Below, in pieces: positions 57,529 through 64,000 of a stretch of 64,000 bases of DNA. Below the pieces are notes generated by a model. It saw nothing but the letters and a program-made list of their open reading frames with translations, was not told where the DNA came from and made no database searches. Source of the stretch: a virus; the IMG/VR virus record IMGVR_UViG_3300045988_125846, positions 91,523 through 155,522 of that record; one strand, written 5' to 3'. The number at the start of each line of letters is the position of its first letter. Positions within the stretch are counted from its first letter, which is position 1. Made by a program: the position numbers and the translations under genes.

Positions 57529-60440
57529 TGGCAGTTCAATCATTCAATTTACCAGTTGATTTTTTGAATAATCTTGAAAAACCAATTATCTACATTGCTA
57601 AAAAGGATAAAACTTTTCTTGGTGCAGTAAGTATTTATGATGATTTATCTCTTACTTTTAATCTAAATTCTTATCAGACTGCTTCTTTTAAAATCTATAG
57701 AGACATCAATGGTAAGAAATATGAACATTATGACGATTTTCAAGAAGACCGTCTGATTATGATTCAGGGTATTGGTTGGTACAAAATTCATGTGGAGACT
57801 AATATTGAGAACACTGGTATTTCGAAAAATATTACTGCAAACTCATTGGAATGTACTTTATGTAATAAGCGACTTATTGATTTTGAATGTAATACAGGGG
57901 AGATTTTGTATGATGATTATGTAAAGACCATCTTCTACGATCCTGCCAACCCAAAGGGAAGTCTGTTGAATCGAGTATTAAATGTTGCTCCAAGTTGGTC
58001 AGTTGGTCATGTAGATGCTACTCTTGCTAACAAACAGAGAAGTTTTGATATTGACGATACTGATGTATATTCATTTCTTACAGGTGACGTTTCTGAGGCT
58101 TTTAATTGTCTGTTCGTATTTGACACGTTCAATCAGACCATAAATGCATATGACCTGGATAATTATGGTGAAGATACGAGCATTTATGTATCTATGGATA
58201 ACTTGGCTCAGTCAATGACAGAAACTATTGATGAAAATAGTATTATCACATGCTATCGTGTAAATGGCGGTGATGGAATTTATATCAATGAAGTCAACCC
58301 AAATAGCACAAATAAGATTTACAATTTTGAGTATTATCTACCAGAAATGGAAGAATCTATTCAGAATAAGGTGAAGGCATATAATGAAAAATATCAGTCT
58401 TTGAAACCACAATATGAAGAAATTATGAAACGTCTTGGTGATCAGATTAGCGTAATCCAGGATCTCGAAACACGATTACCTGATAGTTTGGATTCTAAGG
58501 ATTGGACTAAATATGGATTAGAGTTTTTGGATTCTAAGGTTAAATCATTCAAGAATACAGATGAAGTTTATTGTGCCCAAGGCATGAACAAACCAGACTC
58601 TTTTAACTATAATCTATATCAACAGAACCTTGAAAATTTGAATAGTGTTACTGCCGAATACAACAAAAGAAAAACCGAGGTTGATTCTGCTACAGAAGTT
58701 TATAATTCTATTATCGCAGAAAGAAATACTGTTCAATCTCAGTTAGCTATGGATAAATGGTTTACTAAGGATGAATGGAAAACACTTGATTCTTATGTTG
58801 TAGAAGAAACATATAGTAATGATAACTATATCACCACAGATAATACAACAGACACAGAAAGATTTGATATTGAGCGACAGTTATATGATGTTGCATGGAA
58901 GGATTTATCTAAAAAATGTAGACCACAATATCAATACTCTTCTACTCTTTCTAATGTTCTTACTATTCCTCAGTTCAAAGGATTCTTGAAGTATTTTCAA
59001 CTTGGCAACTTCATAAGAATGGCTACTGATTACGACACCATTATTAAACTGAGGCTAATTAGTTTTACAGTTGATTATAATGACACGAGTAAGATTGATG
59101 TAACATTCTCTGATGCTATTCGTGTACACGATATTTATGAAGATGCATCTAGTATTCAAGCGCAAGCTAATTCGGCTGCTATGAGTTTTCAATTTAATAA
59201 AGATCAATATGATAAGTCTGTAAATCAAAGTAATTTTGTCGAAGAAATGCGGAAATATGGATTGGATGTTGCAACTGTCCAGATTCAAAATGCAAAAAAT
59301 CAGAGTCAAGTCTGGGATGAAACTGGTATGACTTTCAGACAGTGGAATGATCAAAGAAATGACTTCGATCCTGAACAGATTAAGATTATCAACAATCTTA
59401 TGGCTTTTACAGATAGTGATGGACAAGTCAGAATGGCTATCGGAAAGATTCCAATAGATAAAAATGGCAATACTGCCTTTGGATTTAATGCAGAAGTTTT
59501 GTTTGGTAAAGCAATTTTTGGCGAAAATCTTACTATTCAGAATGACTCTGGCAAGTTTTTATTTGATAATAATGGATTCTCTGCTACAAGTGGAAATAAT
59601 TCAGTAAGAATCAATCCTGATAAATCGGGTGAGTTGTTTTCAATATATAAAGGATCGAGTAGGCAGTTTTATGTTGACTCAGATGGTAATGTTCATTTCA
59701 AAGGCGATTTGACTGGTTCTTCTGGCATTTTCAGCGGTCAGTTAAAAGGTGGTTCTATTAACATCGGTAATGGAACGTTTATGGTTGATAAAGATGGTAA
59801 TTTGACCGCTAACAAAGGTACATTTAGTGGAGATATTATTGGTGGAAGCATCAATATAAACAATGGCAATTTTCTTGTAGACAAATATGGAAATATGAAA
59901 GCAAATGCAGGGTTAATTGGTGACTGGGGAATCACAAATGGATATTTGTGGTATGACGGTAGCTATGGAACAAGTATAATATCTCCAAGCTTAATACAGT
60001 TACTATCTAACGGAAGTAATAGTGGAACAATAATAAGCAATAATAGTATATTCTCTAATTCTATGAATTGTAATTATATAAATGGTTCTAACGAATTAAA
60101 TATTCGATCAAATGTTATCAATCTAAATGGAACAATTTTTGCAAATGGCGAACAACTTATCACTTCTTCTTCACTTCCTAAAAGTACAGAAGACATTGAA
60201 GCATCTTATTCTAGTGCGATAGGAACATATGGTGTGGGGGCTAGACTTATTATTTTTTCGAATTGTAAGTCTGGTATTTTAACAGGAGCGACAGCAGACT
60301 ATGTACAGACATATGTTAATGAATATGTTGCAGCTAAATTAAGTGATATATATAGAAAATTTGATAATTATGTTACGTCTTCAAGATTGAGTAACTATGC
60401 AACAAAATCATGGTGTAACAGTACATTTAAAAAGAAGTAA
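57528..60440 (+). CDS. tail-associated lysin / Tal-type baseplate protein with C-terminal repeats
   Basis: 970 aa following Dit (ATGA overlap). Two tandem copies of G.FSG...GGSINI.NG.F.VDK.GN. Confidence 0.6.
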   Translation: MAVQSFNLPVDFLNNLEKPIIYIAKKDKTFLGAVSIYDDLSLTFNLNSYQTASFKIYRDINGKKYEHYDDFQEDRLIMIQGIGWYKIHVETNIENTGISKNITANSLECTLCNKRLIDFECNTGEILYDDYVKTIFYDPANPKGSLLNRVLNVAPSWSVGHVDATLANKQRSFDIDDTDVYSFLTGDVSEAFNCLFVFDTFNQTINAYDLDNYGEDTSIYVSMDNLAQSMTETIDENSIITCYRVNGGDGIYINEVNPNSTNKIYNFEYYLPEMEESIQNKVKAYNEKYQSLKPQYEEIMKRLGDQISVIQDLETRLPDSLDSKDWTKYGLEFLDSKVKSFKNTDEVYCAQGMNKPDSFNYNLYQQNLENLNSVTAEYNKRKTEVDSATEVYNSIIAERNTVQSQLAMDKWFTKDEWKTLDSYVVEETYSNDNYITTDNTTDTERFDIERQLYDVAWKDLSKKCRPQYQYSSTLSNVLTIPQFKGFLKYFQLGNFIRMATDYDTIIKLRLISFTVDYNDTSKIDVTFSDAIRVHDIYEDASSIQAQANSAAMSFQFNKDQYDKSVNQSNFVEEMRKYGLDVATVQIQNAKNQSQVWDETGMTFRQWNDQRNDFDPEQIKIINNLMAFTDSDGQVRMAIGKIPIDKNGNTAFGFNAEVLFGKAIFGENLTIQNDSGKFLFDNNGFSATSGNNSVRINPDKSGELFSIYKGSSRQFYVDSDGNVHFKGDLTGSSGIFSGQLKGGSINIGNGTFMVDKDGNLTANKGTFSGDIIGGSININNGNFLVDKYGNMKANAGLIGDWGITNGYLWYDGSYGTSIISPSLIQLLSNGSNSGTIISNNSIFSNSMNCNYINGSNELNIRSNVINLNGTIFANGEQLITSSSLPKSTEDIEASYSSAIGTYGVGARLIIFSNCKSGILTGATADYVQTYVNEYVAAKLSDIYRKFDNYVTSSRLSNYATKSWCNSTFKKK

Positions 60441-60454
60441 AGAAAGGGCTTAGT

Positions 60455-60658
60455 ATGGAACAAGAACAAAATAACACACAAGAACAGGAAGTTGTTTCTT
60501 ATTCAAAAGATAAGATTCAGCTTCTTTTTAATATACTGAACTCTATGAGTTTTACAGGGATTCAGCAAGCACAGGGAATTGCACAGATTAGTGTAATTCT
60601 GAACAATCCAATTGTAAAGGACAAAACAAAAAATGTAACAAAGGAGTCACAAGAATAA
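60455..60658 (+). CDS. hypothetical protein (67 aa)
   Basis: Track ORF in the tail-tip module. Confidence 0.4.
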   Translation: MEQEQNNTQEQEVVSYSKDKIQLLFNILNSMSFTGIQQAQGIAQISVILNNPIVKDKTKNVTKESQE

Positions 60659-60670
60659 TGAGGTAATCAA

Positions 60671-61024
60671 ATGTCATGCGAAGTATTTAATAATTCAGAC
60701 TTTGGTATGATTGAAGGATCACAACAGACAATTACGCTAGATTTATATACAATTCTTGGAGAAGAATTTAAAAATGTAGCAATAGAATCTGTTGAATGGC
60801 GAATGAGTAGCTACGGAGAAACAGAATGTTTGGCATCTAAAACTTCAACAGATAGTCCAGATGAAGTCAAATATGAGGAAAATGTAATTACTATTACTCT
60901 TCTCCCATCAGACACTATGAACTTATTTGGGAAATTCACACATCAAATCATAATTCGAGATATTCACAATTCTATCTTTGTTGCTGATCTCGGCAAAATT
61001 TCAATCAAACCTTTAATCAAATAA
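60671..61024 (+). CDS. hypothetical tail-tip module protein (117 aa)
   Basis: Assigned by position only. Confidence 0.4.
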   Translation: MSCEVFNNSDFGMIEGSQQTITLDLYTILGEEFKNVAIESVEWRMSSYGETECLASKTSTDSPDEVKYEENVITITLLPSDTMNLFGKFTHQIIIRDIHNSIFVADLGKISIKPLIK

Positions 61025-61048
61025 TTAAAAATAAGGAGGAAAGCTATT

Positions 61049-61468
61049 ATGGCAATGACCACATATTTAAAAAATAAAACACTTGATAATCAGTTCAGAG
61101 GAGAAAGTTATACTCCACCAAGCATTATTTACGTTGCGTTGAGTAAATCAGCTCCTGCAAGCAATGGATCAAATTGTACTGAACCAGACGCAGCAAGTTA
61201 TAAACGATTAGCCATTTCTTCTAATTCCGTAAATTGGAACGCAGCTAATGGTGGAAGTATTTCAAATTCTAGTACACTTCGTTTTGCTGAGGCAGAAGAA
61301 TCATGGACAACACAAGCCGCACCAATTACTCACTGGGCTATGTTCGATCAAGAAACTGGTGGCAATATGCTTTTTTATGGACAGCTTACTAAAACACAGG
61401 AAGTTCCAAGAGGTGCAATTTTAGAGTTTCCTGAGAATGGATTGACCACCACTATTCTTGATAATTAA
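61049..61468 (+). CDS. conserved phage tail-fibre-associated protein (tail-collar-like)
   Basis: LKNKTLDNQFRG...YVALSKSAP...EP..ASYKR...F.EA...W....THWAMFD...GGNMLFYGQL resembles a family seen next to fibre genes (from memory). Confidence 0.45.
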   Translation: MAMTTYLKNKTLDNQFRGESYTPPSIIYVALSKSAPASNGSNCTEPDAASYKRLAISSNSVNWNAANGGSISNSSTLRFAEAEESWTTQAAPITHWAMFDQETGGNMLFYGQLTKTQEVPRGAILEFPENGLTTTILDN

Positions 61469-61488
61469 AAAAGATGTGAGGTAATAAT

Positions 61489-62106
61489 ATGAGAAGTAAT
61501 TACCATAGCATCAAGGCTATTATAAATAATTCACATGGTTATTCTGAGATGATACATGGAATTACTGCTTATACTCAAGGATTGTTTAGGGCGAATGTCA
61601 TTAAAATTAAAAATACAGTTGTAACAAGACTGAGACTTGGATTAAAAACAAAACCAAATGTCATTAAAATTACAACCAAAACCGTTGACAGTTCTCTTAA
61701 AATTTATCCTAAGATAACAGAAAACAATATCATTGTAAAGAATAACTTTTTAAACAAACTGATGGTAAAATTACATCCATCAGAATCAAATCTAAAAATC
61801 GTAAACACTTTCTGGATCTATATTGCCAAAGTTTCCGAGATGATTAATGAAGTAAAAATTAAAAACGATGTAAAACATAATGTTGCTATTCCTGAGAAAA
61901 TGAAAGATAATTCTATCATTTTCGATGGAGTGGCTAACACTTCTGTTAGCAGTGTACTTCGTATTGCAAATAATGATATTTCAATTGATAATCCACCTGT
62001 AAATTCAGCGGCTTGGTATTTTTTAAAGTTAGGAAATTTATCTGGTACTTTAGGCGAAATCCCAAATGAATCAATAGAAACTTTGGGAAGAAAGAAAGCA
62101 ATTTAA
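61489..62106 (+). CDS. hypothetical protein (205 aa)
   Basis: Track ORF between fibre-module genes. Confidence 0.4.
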   Translation: MRSNYHSIKAIINNSHGYSEMIHGITAYTQGLFRANVIKIKNTVVTRLRLGLKTKPNVIKITTKTVDSSLKIYPKITENNIIVKNNFLNKLMVKLHPSESNLKIVNTFWIYIAKVSEMINEVKIKNDVKHNVAIPEKMKDNSIIFDGVANTSVSSVLRIANNDISIDNPPVNSAAWYFLKLGNLSGTLGEIPNESIETLGRKKAI

Positions 62107-62121
62107 TGAAAGGAGAATTAA

Positions 62122-63642
62122 ATGTCTGAAATATTACAGAATACTGGTGTAACATTGTGGTCTATTAGAGATGACTATGATGAGTTACAGACAAGTGTGT
62201 TTGAAGCCTTAACTGGTACTGGTGGCAAAAGTAACATTCGGCTGATTGACGAAGCTATTGGAAATATTAATAGCAAGCTAAATGGATATTACTTTGAATA
62301 CTCAGATGATAGATTGTATATTTGTAAGAAAAGTGAAAATGAGAATATAAAAAGATATCCTGTTACTCTTGATGATAATAATGGACATATTGCATCCAAA
62401 GTAGATGGAAGCACAATTACTATTGACGAGAATGGCATTGTTAGAGGATTGCCTGTTGATGATGCTCTCTCTTCTATCTCAACAAATCCGATTCAGAATA
62501 AAGTCGTAAAGGCAAAAGTTGATGAAATTGAGAAAAATGTGTCAAAGAATACAGAAGATATTTCAAAAAATGGCACAAATATCTCAAACAATACCCAAAA
62601 AATCACCTCACTTGAAACAGCGGTTTCTTCGGAAAAAACACGAGCAGAAATTGTGGAAAATCAACTAAAAACAGACCTTGAAAATGGAAAAAAGGTTTGG
62701 GATGACAAATATACCAAATCTGAGGTAGATAACAAGTTTTCTACTTTCGAAACCAATATCGAATGGAAAGATGCTGTTAGTACTTTTGATGACATTGCAA
62801 CTACATATCCTGCTCCAAATGACGGATGGACGGTTAATGTAAAAGACACTGATTATACATATCGTTATAATGGTACTAAATGGGTTGCAATTTCTGCTAA
62901 CGCCATTCCAAAGGCTACAAATGAAGTCGATGGACTTATGACAAAGGAATACGCAAAGAAGTTAGATGGACTGACAAAATATACACCTGACGGTACTACT
63001 ATCACTGCTGACGAAGACGGAACTCTTCATGGTGCAGACACAATTCAAGTTGACGGAATCACAATCACAAGAGACGATGCTACAAAAGTAATTGCCCTAG
63101 CTAAAACATTGCAAGATAAAATAGCCTTGGTTGATAATAAGATTGATAAAGCTAATGTTGCAAATAATCTTACTACAACCGAGGCTAATTTTGTATTGGA
63201 TGCAAGACAGGGCAAGGCTTTACAGGATCAATTAATTTCTTTAAACGGCAGTCTAAATAGTAAGAAAGTACCGACAATCGGCATCGAAAACATATTTACT
63301 GGAAATCCGTTTGCTGTCATAGTCGATAGTGGTGGTTTGGCAACTGTTGGCGGTACAAAATGGGAACAAGATAATGGCGGGTATCACGTTGAAGATATAA
63401 AATATCCTGCCGGCGGATCAGTATCTCTAACTGTTAGTATGACATTGCCGGCTAATAGCATTGTGTTAATCGATGTAAATACGTTAAATTATGAAAATAT
63501 TAAACTACAGGGTACGTGTATAAAATACAATTTAACAAGCAGCCCGTCCAATACTAGTTTGTCGATATTTTTTAGCGGAAGAAATGCAATTGTAACAGTA
63601 TCAACAATTAGATATATGCCGTTAGTTATTCATTTAGGTTAA
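62122..63642 (+). CDS. tail fibre / receptor-binding protein
   Basis: Coiled-coil repeats (NVSKNTEDISKNGTNISNNTQKITSLE) and the fibre motif ATNEVDGLMTKEYAKKLDGL. Last late gene. Confidence 0.65.
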   Translation: MSEILQNTGVTLWSIRDDYDELQTSVFEALTGTGGKSNIRLIDEAIGNINSKLNGYYFEYSDDRLYICKKSENENIKRYPVTLDDNNGHIASKVDGSTITIDENGIVRGLPVDDALSSISTNPIQNKVVKAKVDEIEKNVSKNTEDISKNGTNISNNTQKITSLETAVSSEKTRAEIVENQLKTDLENGKKVWDDKYTKSEVDNKFSTFETNIEWKDAVSTFDDIATTYPAPNDGWTVNVKDTDYTYRYNGTKWVAISANAIPKATNEVDGLMTKEYAKKLDGLTKYTPDGTTITADEDGTLHGADTIQVDGITITRDDATKVIALAKTLQDKIALVDNKIDKANVANNLTTTEANFVLDARQGKALQDQLISLNGSLNSKKVPTIGIENIFTGNPFAVIVDSGGLATVGGTKWEQDNGGYHVEDIKYPAGGSVSLTVSMTLPANSIVLIDVNTLNYENIKLQGTCIKYNLTSSPSNTSLSIFFSGRNAIVTVSTIRYMPLVIHLG

Positions 63643-63717
63643 AGAAAGGAAGGTAATAAACAGAGAATAGACGAAAATGGAACGGACAAATGTTGTAATA
63701 TGATGTAATAATAATTT

Positions 63718-63756
63718 AGGGACAAGTAGATGAATTTCTACCTGTCCCTATTTTTT
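63718..63756 (+). terminator. intrinsic terminator ending the late operon
   Basis: AGGGACAAGTAG/CTACCTGTCCCT stem followed by ATTTTTT. Confidence 0.7.
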
Positions 63757-63797
63757 ACGATTTTGCAAAAGTTCTTTGCGGCAAAACTGTTATATTA

Positions 63798-63843
63798 TTT
63801 TGTCTCCATTTGATTTTTCAGGAATCTCCATTTTGTCTCCATT
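63798..63843. repeat. direct repeat TTTTGTCTCCATT x2
   Basis: Exact 13-mers at 63798-810 and 63831-843. ATATCAA repeats follow at 63857 and 63877. Confidence 0.8.
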
Positions 63844-63936
63844 GATATATAAAACTATATCAATTTATACGAAAATATATCAACTTATCTTGGTTTTCAC
63901 GATTTTTAAAATTATTGTCAAGCCCTTTAAATACCG

Positions 63937-64000
63937 CTATTTCCCAATGATTTCATCGGTATTGATAAACTCATACGGTGTCTGCTGGTAAACGTAATAA
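63937..64000 (-). CDS. C-terminal end of a minus-strand ORF that starts beyond the window
   Basis: Frame open from the window edge (...YYVYQQTPYEFINTDEIIGK*). Only 20 codons are visible. Confidence 0.25.
   Translation of the reverse strand, partial: YYVYQQTPYEFINTDEIIGK

Noticed and set aside
1-64000. CRISPR arrays, rRNA, transposases/IS elements, alternative genetic code
   Set aside because: There are no regularly spaced repeat-spacer arrays. The long ORFs are uninterrupted under the standard code. None of the tRNAs has a suppressor anticodon, and I saw no transposase-like motifs.

Overview
This window is a low-GC dsDNA phage genome segment, siphovirus-type and probably temperate, apparently from a Firmicutes-like host. 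It is densely coding in the standard genetic code.

Layout:
- 0-3.1 kb: a leftward operon of very small genes plus an XRE regulator and a secreted protein. It is fed by three tandem near-consensus promoters (3.68-3.89 kb) through a roughly 0.5 kb ORF-free structured leader.
- 4.1-5.4 kb: a G-depleted tract and a secreted Big_2 protein.
- 5.8-12.7 kb: a rightward early block with a P-loop helicase-like ATPase, a ParB-like protein, a GIY-YIG protein, a 922-aa YonO/cellular-RdRP-like two-barrel RNA polymerase and an HU-like protein.
- 12.7-14.3 kb: 1.6 kb with no credible ORF. It is hairpin-rich, contains two tRNAs and ends in a terminator, so it is a candidate large structured ncRNA.
- 14.3-22.9 kb: PIN-PhoH, ClpP-like protease, metallophosphoesterase, HU, a very acidic protein, a tyrosine integrase, a Ku homologue and six more tRNAs (eight in total).
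- 23-64 kb: a free-standing GIY-YIG homing endonuclease, terminase, portal, head and tail genes, a lysis cassette, RusA, and Dit/Tal/fibre genes.

The tape-measure gene is about 2,801 codons once spliced and is interrupted twice. The first interruption is a 1.77 kb group I intron with clear P1/P10 pairing and a Vsr-like homing endonuclease. The second is a 3.98 kb group I-like element that carries a DUF262 protein and four reverse-strand genes.

I saw no rRNA, no CRISPR array and no transposase. All functional calls come from motif recognition by eye. No searches were run.
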